NCBI RefSeq assembly: GCF_001194135.2
Contig: NC_068982.1
Coordinates: 142,946,753 to 142,988,562, forward strand
DNA: 41,810 nt
Source of the DNA: Octopus bimaculoides
Lineage: Eukaryota
Reading direction: 5' to 3'
How positions within the stretch are numbered: position 1 is the stretch's first letter; every line of letters begins with the position of its first letter. Shown piece after piece: positions 1 through 11,650 of this stretch. A program made the translations under genes and the position numbers. The notes beneath the pieces were generated by a model that ran no database searches, was not told the origin of the DNA, and saw nothing but the letters and a program-made list of their open reading frames with translations.

Positions 1-240
1 ATATATATATATACGCATGTATATATATGTATATATACATATTTATATATGTATCTATAGATGTATATGTGTATGTATATGTGTATGTATGTATGTATGT
101 ATATGTGTATATTTGTATACGTGTATGTATATATATGTGTGTGTTTATGTGTATATGTATTTATGTATATATGTGTATGTATGTATCTATTTATATATAT
201 ATATGTGTGTATGTATATATACGTGCATATATATGGCTGT
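1..240. repeat. Compound (TA)n/(TG)n/(TATG)n microsatellite
   Basis: Almost pure alternating TA, TG and TATG units; explains the YI/VC-rich ORFs here. Confidence 0.95.
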
Positions 241-607
241 TTCTCAGCCAAGTTTTATATAGAAATGATTTAGTATTAAACAGAAGCATTACTCCATGTC
301 TTTTATACTAAAAGGTATCGGGAAATCTATCAGTTTTATGTTAAATTGTTGTGCATGTTTATTAAAGATTTGCAAGAAAATGGTTGACTAGGACTTCGAA
401 CTTTCGGTTTGTTTGCCTAAACGCACGCTTATATATGCATATATTTGTGTGTGTGTGTGTGTGTGTACGTGCGTCTGTTTCTGTACTTGAATGCGTGTAT
501 TTGTCATTTCATTCTTTTATTTTCATTATCACATGTATAGATGGAAACATCTTACCTCACATTTTCTAAAGCATATCTCAAGTATCTACTTCCTTCTGCA
601 TTTTATA

Positions 608-608
608 C

Positions 609-689
<81 letters not shown>

Positions 690-1140
690 CTCTCTCTCTT
701 CTCTATCTACCTTCCTCTACTTCTCTCTCTCCCAATCTGTTTCTCTCTCTCTTCGACATCTTTCTTTTGTCCTGACCTTTCTCTCCCTTTTTGTATCTTT
801 CTTTTGTTCTTTTCTTTTCTCTATCTCCTACATCTGTCCTCCCGTTGTTCTTACCCGTTTAAATTCATTCCATCTTTTCTTTTTCCCATTCGCTTTTCTT
901 TATACTCACCTTTCTTTCCTTCCTTCCTTCTCACGCATTTTTATTCTCCTATTTTATTCCATATCATCCATTCGCCTTGCACTAAAGCACTTCTTTCATA
1001 TATTTTTCGTTTTCTTTCTCTCTCTAACATCTCGTTCTATCAAACAATTTCTCCCCTTTTATTTCGTTCTCTTTAAATAATCCTTATTTTCCTTTCATCC
1101 ATCCATCTATCATCTCCTCTTATCTTCATCCGCTCCCTAC
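608..1140. repeat. (CT)n microsatellite followed by a degenerate polypyrimidine tract
   Basis: Perfect (CT)n at about 620-686, then about 450 bp with very little G on the + strand. Confidence 0.9.
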
Positions 1141-1867
1141 ACACCTACCCCTCCGCCAACCTGCATCTTTGTTACCAATAAACCTGGCTGTGGAGTGTTT
1201 GATCAAAGCTACCGGGAGAGTGTTTAGAGCAGCTCAAGTCCTATTATCGGTGTAAGCCATCAACACAGCTTTCATCAGATAGCCTTTATATTTTCACACC
1301 TACATCCAGTATATTCTTTCTCAGAGAAAATATATAAGTGAATAAATAGATAAATGAATAAATGAATAAAACTATTGAAAATAAATATTTCAATAGTTTT
1401 TAGAATATAAAATAAAAAAATGATATAAATAAGCATCTTCTTCTGCGTAAGAATTTTCTTTAATATTTTCCATGAAATATATTTTTTTTCTTCTTCTTTG
1501 TGTGTCTTTTCGCTTTAGGATATAATATTTATCTCTTTGGTTTGGTTTATATAGTTTCAGAAATGTTATGAATTTCTGTTCTATTTCTTTTAAATCAATC
1601 AATAAAGCTTACCCGGACTTGCATATCTTGTCAGAAAACTAGCTATAACTACAGCTGCACTGTTACAAAGTTATACACAGAGGTAAATATAGTCATCAAT
1701 TATTTCTTTATATACTTATCAATATCAGTCATTCGTAGTATAAAAACAGCAATTCTAAAAATTTTAATCATCAGACAATGGAAGACTTTTATATTCTCGC
1801 TTCGCTAACGTGACTATCCATCATCTAAACGGTAAACGCTTACCACCAGCCATACATGCATACACGC

Positions 1868-1868
1868 A

Positions 1869-1925
<57 letters not shown>
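1868..1925. repeat. (CA)n microsatellite
   Basis: Near-perfect CA run. Confidence 0.95.
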
Positions 1926-1928
<3 letters not shown>

Positions 1929-1938
1929 ATTTAGATAA

Positions 1939-2083
1939 TATTCTTTTATTCTTTTCAGCTCAAAGGCTGTGGCCAGACTGGAGCACCACCTGTGTAATCA
2001 CATTTTCAGTGGTCATTCTTATGCGATTGGCTTTTGGTGAAGAAGCGAGTTAGACAGAGTTGGCCCTTGTTGAGTTTCTGCCG
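1939..2083 (-). mobile_element. 3' end of a CR1/L2-group LINE, cut by an assembly gap
   Basis: Minus strand reads QQGPTLSNSLLHQKPIA*, matching the ORF2 end of the copy at 11649-12134 (APMSNSFIYR). It is followed by the tail ggtggtgctccagtctggccacagcctttgagctgaaaagaataaaagaata. Confidence 0.65.
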
Positions 2084-2196
2084 NNNNNNNNNNNNNNNNN
2101 NNNNNNNNNNNNNNNNNNNNNNNNNNNNNNNNNNNNNNNNNNNNNNNNNNNNNNNNNNNNNNNNNNNNNNNNNNNNNNNNNNNNNNNNNNNNNNNN

Positions 2197-2229
<33 letters not shown>

Positions 2230-2238
2230 GTATTTATG

Positions 2239-2275
<37 letters not shown>

Positions 2276-2611
2276 ATGCATTTATACATCTATATACTCA
2301 TAGAAAACATACACACAACTACGAACACGCATTCATAATATGTATGTATGAATGTGTGTATGTATCATCAGACATCAGGGTAGAGAATTGCATTCATACG
2401 TTTAAGAAAATATATGAATGAATAAATGCGGAATCTACTTCTCTGTCCCTCTGTCTCTTTCTCTGCTTCTCTTTCTCTTTCAGTATTTTGTGAGTGACTG
2501 TATGTGTGCATGTGTTTTCATTTATCCCTATACACATGATAGGCAAAACGTATATATATAAAATAACGGAGAGCATTTGCAACGATGAAGAGCAGAGTAC
2601 ATTAAAATCAT

Positions 2612-3195
2612 AACATCATAGTATCGGCTAGACTATCAGATACTGTTACGCATTGCTGGTCACGACGCTCTTCCAATTCTTTCTTGATTGCACCATTCTT
2701 TTCCATATTGACCCAAATCGCTTTACTAAATCGTTTTCATATCATTGTGGAGGCGTTCCAAGCGGTTCTTTCGCTATCTCTTTGATACCGCTCCGCAACT
2801 GCACGGTTGCACCCGTTGTCTGTGAGAACTTTGCGACATTTACGGTCCAGCGGAACTTGTGTTTTCGGTGTTCTGCAATCATACCGTTCACAACGCTCCG
2901 CTCACGAATTATCTCATTTTGAATATGCTCTCGTAACGAAAATCCTAGCATGGACCTTCTTATGGCCCTTTGCACTGTAACCAGTCAACGTTCTTCTCTA
3001 ATCACGTTAGACCACATCTCAATTTTACACGAACGCCCAGGTAAGACGTTGCTACTGAAAGAATCTGACACTTCTGGTCTTGTCCAGCTTTGCTTTGAGC
3101 ACATCCTTTACTGAAGTGAACATCTATCCTGCCGTTATTCACTTCAAGATTTCTGCATTCAAAACTCATCACACGTTTACTGTCAGCTCTAAGTT
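2612..3195 (-). mobile_element. RTE-clade LINE 3' fragment (C-terminal RT region), pseudogenised
   Basis: Hand translation across stops and one frameshift: AG*MFTSVKDVLKAKLDKTRSVR / FSSNVLPGRSCKIEMWSNVIREER*LVTVQRAIRRSMLGFSLREHIQNEIIRERSVVNGMIAEHRKHKFRW..NVAKF...KEPLGTPPQ*YENDLVKRFGSIWKRMVQSRKNWK. This matches the RTE C-terminal pattern VLP..YG.ETW...QRAMER.MLG.SLR....NE.IR...K..WAGHVAR...GRPP.RW. Confidence 0.85.
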
Positions 3196-4025
3196 GAAAT
3201 ACTAAAATAACGAACAAATATTAATATTACTGTAGAAGTGTCCTTGATATCCTATACATATATGATATTTTAAGTAAGCTGCTTCTCTGTTAAACATAAT
3301 AAAATATCAGTAAAATATTGGTGTTGATGTAATCGACAATATCCTCCTCTAAATGAGAATATGTATCATTTTGGCTATGTAGGAATCACATTTTTGAATC
3401 GTGTCTAATATTTTAGATAAGGCCAAAATTATTGTACGATTGAGATATATTTGATCTTATGCTTAGTATAAATTTAAAACGTTAATAATTGGTGCCACTA
3501 TTGTAAAAGTACCATTAGAACGACTAAAAAACTATTTTCATGTTTTTTTACGTTCTAAGTTCGAATCACATTGAGGTTATTTGCTTAACAATATTCGAAG
3601 ATTGACATATTTCTACCAATCGCACTACTAATGAATGGAATGGGGAGAAGTCGGTTAAGTTACCGGTTTAAATTATTGTGGAGCAAGTCCAAGGATGAGA
3701 TGTCATGATATTATTTTCTTATTCATTTGTGTGAAGATATCTAGACCCAACATAAACCTTATGAGAAATCAACTGCTCAGTGGTTTTTCTATGTTTTTCA
3801 TTCCTTTAATATTTATCTATTTGTTTATTATTTTGGAGAGAAAGAGAGATTGAGAGAAACGGTGTATTTGGGAGTGCGTCATCTAATTATGATTTATTTA
3901 CTAAAAATAGTAAGTCCTATATTAGCAAGATTTGGCTCCCATATCTAACTGGGTTGTGGAACCACATAAACGCTCCCTTGCTAGCCTGAAAGAAACCAAA
4001 CACTGTAGCTACCATTAAAATCAAT

Positions 4026-4964
4026 TTATGATGGAGTATCATAACTATTTCAGAAATCCCAATGTCTGGCAGAGCTTGTTCCAATGACCTAGGCATGAAT
4101 GCCAGATCATCCGAGATATTCCTTCTTAAAACGCATAGAGCATTCTAAACACTTAACGAAAAACAGTAGCTGTTAACACAAATAAGCTATGGTGATTACA
4201 AATGTATTCAAGAAGGAAATTATCAAACAAAAGAAGCGAGTGTTCCGATAATCGAGTTTATCTTTGTTTTGCTTTGTTTTCTGATGTAACCAGAGAGCTG
4301 CTGCATAAAAAAAAAATAATAAATTAATAATCTCGTTATTTAAATCGCATGATAACGACTTTGTGACTAGGTTATAGTATATATATCAAATGTTACACCG
4401 TTGTCGAAAGNNNNNNNNNNNNNNNNNNNNNNNNNNNNNNNNNNNNNNNNNNNNNNNNNNNNNNNNNNNNNNNNNNNNNNNNNNNNNNNNNNNNNNNNNN
4501 NNNNNNNNNNNNNNNNNNNNNNNNNNNNNNNNNNNNNNNNNNNNNNNNNNNNNNNNNNNNNNNNNNNNNNNNNNNNNNNTTATGATGGAGTATCATAACT
4601 ATTTCAGAAATCCCAATGTCTGGCAGAGCTTGTTCCAATGACCTAGGCATGAATGCCAGATCATCCGAGATATTCCTTCTTAAAACGCATAGAGCATTCT
4701 AAACACTTAACGAAAAACAGTAGCTGTTAACACAAATAAGCTATGGTGATTACAAATGTATTCAAGAAGGAAATTATCAAACAAAAGAAGCGAGTGTTCC
4801 GATAATCGAGTTTATCTTTGTTTTGCTTTGTTTTCTGATGTAACCAGAGAGCTGCTGCATAAAAAAAAAATAATAAATTAATAATCTCGTTATTTAAATC
4901 GCATGATAACGACTTTGTGACTAGGTTATAGTATATATATCAAATGTTACACCGTTGTCGAAAG
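4026..4964. repeat. 385-bp duplication (4026-4410 = 4580-4964) either side of an N-gap; probable assembly artefact
   Basis: Copies appear identical by eye, including the 10-A run, and each abuts gap 4411-4579. Confidence 0.9.
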
Positions 4965-5079
4965 GTGAATAAATACATATATTAACAAATACCACGTAAT
5001 TTTTCTGAACGCTTGAATTTTGCGAATATTTCAACCTCAGTTTTCATTTGAATATTTCACCCATGATAATTCCAAAAGA

Positions 5080-5468
5080 GGCGCTGGAGTGGCTGTGTGG
5101 TAAGTAGCTTGCTTACCTATGACATGATGCCGGTTTCAGTCCCACTGTGTGGCACCTTGGGCAAGTATCTTCTCCTGTAGCCTCTGGTCGACCAAAGCCT
5201 TGTGAGTGGATTTGGTAGATGGAAACTGAAAGAAGCCCGTCATATATATGTGTGTGTGTGTGTGTGTGTTTGTGTATCTGTGTTTGTCTCCCCATCATTC
5301 CTTGACAACCGATGTTGGTGTGTTCACGTCCCCGTAACTTCGAGGTTCGGTAAAAGAGACCCATAGAATAAGAACGAGATTTACAAAAAATAAGTCCTGC
5401 TGTCGATTTGTTCGACTAAATGCTGTGCTCCAGCGAGGCCACAGTCAAGTGACTGAAAAAAATAAAAG

Positions 5469-5473
<5 letters not shown>
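5080..5473 (+). mobile_element. SINE family A (tRNA-derived, CORE-like segment), full length
   Basis: A-box-like tggctgtgtggtaag, B-box-like ggtttcagtccc, CORE-like ccttgggcaagt, internal (TG)n, and tail gtgctccagcgaggccacagtcaagtgactgaaaaaaataaaagaataa. Homologous copies at 14657 and 33918. Confidence 0.9.
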
Positions 5474-5507
<34 letters not shown>

Positions 5508-6324
5508 NNNNNNNNNNTTTGTTCTAATTTGATTAGATTCTAGGTCTCTGTGCAGCTGAGGATTGCCCTGCAACTTAAATTAATGCAATGATTGTATTGT
5601 TCAATTAATTGGAGTTGCATGAAACGATCGTACTGCATTACTTCTGGATATCCTTGTTGCTTATTTTCATATATATATATATATATATTAATAGTAATGG
5701 TAAAACAGCAAAAGAACGAAAGCGACCTCGATATTATGCAAATAGACGAATTTATATGTATGTGCCAATTATTGGGTTGCCATAATAAAACTCCAAGTTT
5801 CAGATGTCGGGGCCCGAAACCTTCACCGGCATCTCTTCAGTTGTCTAGGCAATCAAAATATGCTATGAAAATGACCGTTATACAATGGGAAATTACAATA
5901 TAATTGACCGTTATTAAGACAAAAGTGCTTTTAGAATAAACGTTAAATAAGGGAAAAAAACCGAAGGGGAGTAAGTAAAAAGTAAAGGAGTAAAAATGCT
6001 CATAGCCGCGTATGCGCGCATCTACATACATATTCATGCGCGTACGCACACCCATGTACAAGTGTCTATACGCACACACGCACACACGTGAACAAAAAAG
6101 TTCATATGCACGTCTATATACGCACATGCACAAGAAAAATGCAGAGTGAAAGGTAAAATACAGAAGAAATGTGTAAAAATATAAAGTAATAAAAATATGA
6201 AAAATATATCTCTATAAATATGTAAAAAAATATATATAAGAAATATAGATAAAAGGTATAGAAAGATAATAAGCTTATACGTGGACACAATATAAAAAGC
6301 ATGTTCTATCTGTGATCTTGTGGG

Positions 6325-6655
6325 GACCAAAAACGTAACACATATTTAGCCACATGTGGACATGAACCACAAAGTTCATTTCTTGAATTTAGACATGTAG
6401 CATGGTCTAAGCTGCTTTCCATATCGCAAAGACCGCACTTTATACTGTCGTTGGTGTAAGGCTTACACTTGACTAAGATCTTCCAATGGATGTTGTAACT
6501 GACACCTTTATCTTTTTTAGGACCATATATGACTGGATAATTTGGTCGTTTTTCTTTTATCCAATGCCTGAAGCTCAAGGTGTGATTATTGAACCTGGCC
6601 TTGCATGTCCGAGACCATCATTTATGAAACCACCGTAGACTCTACAACCACTGAG
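6325..6655 (-). mobile_element. Penelope-like element fragment, C-terminal GIY-YIG endonuclease region
   Basis: Minus strand with frameshifts: RTCKARFNNHTLSFRH / KTTKLSSHIWS* / DKGVSYNIHWKILVKCKPYTNDSIKCGLCDMES...LNSRNELCGSCPHVAKYVL. This matches the pattern FK.R.NNH..SF....T.LS.YIW.LK....I.W.I.....Y.....C.LC..E.....LN.R.E....C.H..K..L. Confidence 0.8.
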
Positions 6656-7269
6656 GACACAGTTGCGACAAAGAAATGCGTGGGCCTTACAGCGGGGAAT
6701 ATTAATAAATAATTTCAATAAATAATTTTCCTCAATATTCACAAAATGCTGTTTTTCTTTTCATCATTCGTTGTCAATGTCAATATATTGCAGTGGCATA
6801 TTTTCATGTTGATAAAATAACATAGTAATACGCAGCTATATTATAAAAACGTTCCAGTATTTATTGAGAAAAAAAAAGCCTCTATATGGTCGGCAAGTCT
6901 TTCTAGAAGTAATAGTAAATTCTAACGCCTTAAGAATATAGATATTGGATAAAGCAGTACCGGAATAAAATACAAGATTATCACTGTTGGAACATCTTTG
7001 ATCATAGATAAGTTCCATTAAGATTGACCTGGAGTTAAACAACGACAACAAAAGCATATTCCTCTTTATATTTCTAATCTAATCCACTTTACGATTTCGT
7101 ATCACATGATATATCTTACCTAGCACAACAAACATTAATTTGACAGAGAATAACCTTTTGCTTGAAATCTCTAAAATTTCTACTGCATTTTATGTTTTCG
7201 TTCTTGAATTATTTCCAATGGTATTCTATAGTGAGAGTTAGCTAACTTCTGCCACAATGGCTGCTAGAG

Positions 7270-7384
<115 letters not shown>

Positions 7385-8590
7385 ATTTAAAAAAACGGCT
7401 GCCATTGCTTTTTCAATTAAGCGAGATTACATTTAAAGATTTTTGTTTGTATTCTGCTGTACTTTTGAACACTCTCATCTACTACTGGCAACAATTTACT
7501 AAGTTTCAGTCTTGGCTTCTTCTCTCTTTCTCGTTTTATTTTCACCTTTTCTTATTCTCACTTTCTTTCCTGTTCTTGTTTCTTTGATCTCTTTCTTCCC
7601 CTCATTCTCCTCTTCCTGATCTCGTTCTCATTCTCTCTCTTCTCTCAACGTGTATATATATAAAGGGAGAAAAAGTGAAAGTGAAAGAGAAAAAGTGAAA
7701 GTGAAAGAGAAACAGAGAAAGGGACACACACACACACGCACATATATATGTACACGCACACACATACATACCTACATATTTACACATATCCCTTTCTCCT
7801 CTCTCTCACTTTGAATCATTGATCAATCACTCACATCAATCTCTTTATCTCTTTGTGAACATTTAACGCCTACATGGCTTCGTGCGTCATTTCTCTGTAG
7901 CAGTGATACGGTGTATTCATTGTGTTGTATGTTTATTTTACATTTATTTTGATCTTGAATTACCATGAAAAAGTGTTCGATTAGGGAAATGGCGTATTTG
8001 AATTTTGTTTCGTTAATATGAAAGACTGATGATTACAAGTAGTTTAGAGAAGCACGCAGATATTGCGCTCGTTACATCACCTCCGTGAGTCGTACGCAGA
8101 ACCCCAGAACCAATAAGAGCCATTAACAAGTACACGTATAGAAAATGAACGACCTGAAGTCTTAAATGGATTTTAAGGTCCGACGCTTAGCTCAGTTTTA
8201 TGCTGTTAAGCAGATGAAAGTAAATACAACCTGGATAGTATTACATTACATATCGAATGTGACATCCCTAAGGAATCTGGCTCACTTCTCACTTTAGATT
8301 TACCTAAAGCAGTGTTAGAATAAAGTGCTTTTCCTTGGAGACATAGCAACATGCCTTGGGTTGAATTACAATAAGGCACGGCCAACAAGTGATAAACTTC
8401 CTTCTCACTTGTGGTTCAATGATGCGATTAGAAAAGCCAAACATCAGCTAACAACGAGATTCCAAACATACGCAGCAATATGAATTTAGAACTGGTTGAT
8501 ACACTGACTGTCTTAGGCATGATGCCAAAATGTCGAACGGTGTTGTATCCGATGTGTGATGATGTAAAAATAATTTTACAACAGCATATC

Positions 8591-8646
8591 GTCAAATCAG
8601 ACATAGTTTCAGTTTGCCATGACCTCCTCGTCAGTGTTTCATTGAC
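8591..8646 (-). ncRNA. Candidate type I hammerhead ribozyme (core intact, stem II weak)
   Basis: Minus strand GUCAAUGAAACA-CUGACGA-GGAGGUCAUGGCAAACU-GAAAC-UAU-GUC-UGAUUUGAC has all core nucleotides and a GUC cleavage triplet. GUCAA/UUGAC closes stem I, but stem II has only 2-3 plausible pairs. Confidence 0.3.
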
Positions 8647-8913
8647 TAAAAATATGATAGGGTATATAAATCATACCCTATCACCTTAAAAGGTAAGCGG
8701 GTTGGTTATGACTAGAATGCTTTAAGATATACGTTCATTCATTCTTGATAAAAAGACAAGACGAAAGAAAACTCTCCAGATTTGTTGTATGTATTAACCA
8801 AAAAAATGATTGGTCAAATAACTAAAGACTATTCAGGGTTTAATGTTTGTTTGATAAAATCATATGTGATTGATTTCAAAGCAAATAACAAGCAAGTTCA
8901 GGGGAAAGTGAAG

Positions 8914-8978
8914 GTAAAGACGGACCAAATGCCGCTACGCATTTTTAACGACGTACTCAGGTTCTCCCAGCTTGCCGC
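8914..8978 (-). mobile_element. SINE family B 5' head fragment
   Basis: Reverse complement gcggcaagctgggagaacc...aaaatgcgtagcggcatttggtccgtctttac resembles the B heads at 13791 and 9467. Confidence 0.5.
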
Positions 8979-9276
8979 TTGAAAAAACCTCATGTGTAAT
9001 CTAAACACTTGAAAGAAATATGTATAAAGACAACTAAATTACAGAGCTCCAAACCAAAACTAAACAATTAAATGTGTTAATTACACGGAGATTGTTAATA
9101 TGTGTGTCTGCATATAGAGCAAAATATCATCTGTTCGAATGCCGAAGAACATTAAAACCAAAATTGCATAAAAGAAATTATGCCCGTGCAAGTTTAAGAA
9201 TTTTCTCAGCATGAGCGTGTATGTATAAGCGTTAAACATGAATAGGTTTTACGAGAACTGATAGTTCTCTTAGATA

Positions 9277-9686
9277 GGCGGCAAAATGCTTAGCAGTATT
9301 TCGTCTGAGTTCAAATTCCGGCGAGGTCGACTTTGCCTTCCATCCTTTCAGGGTCGATTAAATAAGTACCAGTTACGCACAGGTGTCGATAGAGTCGACT
9401 TAATCCGTTTGTCTGTCCTTGTTTGTCCCCTCTGTGTGTAGCCTCTTGTGGGCAGTAAAGAAATAAGAAACGTTAGCACACCGGGCGAAATGCTGAGCGG
9501 TATTTCGTCTGCCGCTACGTTCTGAGTTAAAATTCCGCCGAGGTCGACTTTGCCTTTCATCCTTTCAACCTCGATTAAATAAGTACCAGTTACGCACTGG
9601 GGTCGATATAATCGACTTAATCCGTGTGTCTTTCCTTGTTTGTTCCCTCTGTGTGTAGCCCCTTCGGGGCAGTAAATAAGTAAGAT
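9277..9686 (+). mobile_element. Two tandem SINE family B units (about 9277-9466 and 9467-9686)
   Basis: Both carry B-box gagttcaaattcc (gagttaaaattcc in unit 2), central gaggtcgactttgcct(t/c)catccttt..tcgattaaataagtaccag and the same 3' tail. The central motif starts at 9323 and 9540. Confidence 0.9.
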
Positions 9687-9812
9687 AGTATATTGATAAT
9701 TACAGCGAGTCGAATACAAACAAGGAATACATTCCGGATATTATTGAGTTTCTGTGTTACCTTACATTTGGTACATATGTCGTCTCAACTTTTAGTTTTA
9801 TTGTTAACATAC

Positions 9813-10170
9813 AGGCTGTGGCATGGCTTTGTGGTTCTAGAGGTTCTCTTCTGAACCATGTCGTTTCTAGTTCAGTTCCTGTGCTCGTAACTGCCAGCAA
9901 GTGTCATCTATAATCCTAGGTATCCCATGCCTCATGAACGAATTTGATAACAGAAAATTGTATGGAAATCTCATCACATGTGTTTGTGTGTGTGTGTGTG
10001 CGTATGCGTGTGTATTCATGAATGAGTGTTTGTCACTTGTGTAGGTTTCTTTAGGTTGGTGTAATCTAAGGGTTCACCCAAAATGCTAATAGACTAAGTG
10101 CCAGGTTTAAGATATGTACAAAGAGTGATATGGCACAGTTCAATAACTGATACAAGGAAAAGAATAAAAG
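9813..10170 (+). mobile_element. Old diverged SINE family A copy
   Basis: Degenerate head (tggctttgtggtt...agttcagttcc...gcaagtgtc), internal (TG)n and tail ctgatacaaggaaaagaataaaag. Confidence 0.6.
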
Positions 10171-10411
10171 ATTTCTTATGATACCAAGAGAGCAAAAATG
10201 CAATTAATAAGGAGAGAGGGGTTAACTTTTCGATTTTAACCTTATGACCTCTAAAATAACGATGTACGAAAATAAATCAGTAAGTATAACTCACCTTCTG
10301 TCCATTAGTAAGTAACTTCGAAGTGAACATTTATATTCACACATTTGTGCATATGTGTGCGTATTTTTGTGTGTGTATGAGTGTGTGTGCGCGTGTGTAT
10401 GTACGTGCTGT

Positions 10412-10740
10412 GAAGGGGCCGTGGCTTAGTGGTTAGGGTATGCGGCTCGCCAGCTTAAGGTCGCGAGTTCGGTTCACGTGCTGCATGTTCTGCCTCTTGA
10501 GCAAGACATTTTATTTCACATTTCTCCACTTCACTCAGCTGCCAACAATGAGCTGTACCAGTAATTGAAAGGGGCCAGCCTTGTCCTATCCTATGTCATA
10601 ATACTGGATCTCCCTGAGAACTATATGAAGGGTACGCGTGCCTGTTGAGTACTCAACCCCTTCCACGTTAATTTCACGAGCAGGCTGTTCTATTGATCAG
10701 ACCAACAGAAGCACTCGCCGTCATAACCGACGAATTGCCA
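10412..10740 (+). mobile_element. SINE family C (tRNA-derived)
   Basis: A-box tggcttagtgg, B-box-like gagttcggttc, core cttgagcaagacattttatttcac...cactcagctg, and 3' cacgttaatttcacgagcaggctgttc shared with the minus-strand copy at 35795-36083. Confidence 0.88.
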
Positions 10741-11598
10741 GTTCTTTTTATGTGAGTGTTATTTAAATACCAACTGTTCTGTAACAATTGATATGCATAG
10801 TAAGTGCAGAAATGATGTATTATTTGACGTAGTTCGAATTATTACCAATTGTTGTTATAGATGTAAATCAAAGAATACATGAAATTATTTTGAAATTCAC
10901 TTGACAATCATAAAAGCGACAGATTTCGCACACTTGCGGTTTCCATGAAAAAAAAAACATTATCGTCTCTTGTTTAATATACTTAAATAGCAAATACGTA
11001 CGTATAAAACGGTTGAATGTGTGGCTATGAGTAAAATTATTTAAGAAAGCTAAACTACTTGACAAAGTAGAGAAGCCAAACCAAACGTAGAACACTGTCT
11101 CTTGTCTCATTCCGGTTTGCGTTAGACACATATCTAAACAGACACATACAGAAACACACACAACACATACCTACATAAATCCAGACGTTTCTCTATATTT
11201 CTGCTATGTTTGTTGTATGTTTGTGTATACAAACATATATACAGATATGCATACATGNNNNNNNNNNNNNNNNNNNNNNNNNNNNNNNNNNNNNNNNNNN
11301 NNNNNNNNNNNNNNNNNNNNNNNNNNNNNNNNNNNNNNNNNNNNNNNNNNNNNNNNNNNNNNNNNNNNNNNNNNNNNNNNNNNNNNNNNNNNNNNNNNNN
11401 NNNNNNNNNNNNNNNNNNNNNNNNNNNNNNNNNNNNNNNNNNNNNNNNNNNNNNNNNNNNNNNNNNNNNNNNNNNNNNNNNNNNNNNNNNNNNNNNNNNN
11501 NNNNNNNNNNNNNNNNNNNNNNNNNNNNNNNNNNNNNNNNNNNNNNNNNNNNNNNNNNNNNNNTATATATATATATATATATATGCATACACAAACGT

Positions 11599-11599
<1 letters not shown>

Positions 11600-11641
<42 letters not shown>

Positions 11642-11650
11642 CATAGATAG
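11600..11650. repeat. (GATA)n microsatellite
   Basis: Direct reading. Other GATA/TATC runs lie at about 14471-14548 and 19543-19575. Confidence 0.95.

Noticed and set aside
1225-1285. Minus-strand CUGAUGA-AAGC...GCUU motif
   Set aside because: No GAAA after the stem and no cleavage triplet.
3915-4150. Possible terminal exons (minus LARERLCGSTTQLDMGAKSC* after tttctttcAG; plus EIPMSGRACSNDLG...; minus WHSCLGH resembling the WHxRLGH motif)
   Set aside because: Short open frames in several directions with no recognisable homology, and no integrase context.
5790-5845. Minus-strand CUGAAGA-GAUG...CAUC-U-GAAAC hammerhead-like motif
   Set aside because: Extra U before GAAA, and no stem I, stem III or NUH site could be built.
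6836-7057. 73-aa minus ORF with an acceptor-like tttaactccAG
   Set aside because: No homology or convincing donor; AT-rich composition like the flanks.
9277-9686. CRISPR-like repeat-spacer reading of the tandem units or the TGAYGYAAT array
   Set aside because: Eukaryotic context, no unique equal-length spacers and no cas genes.
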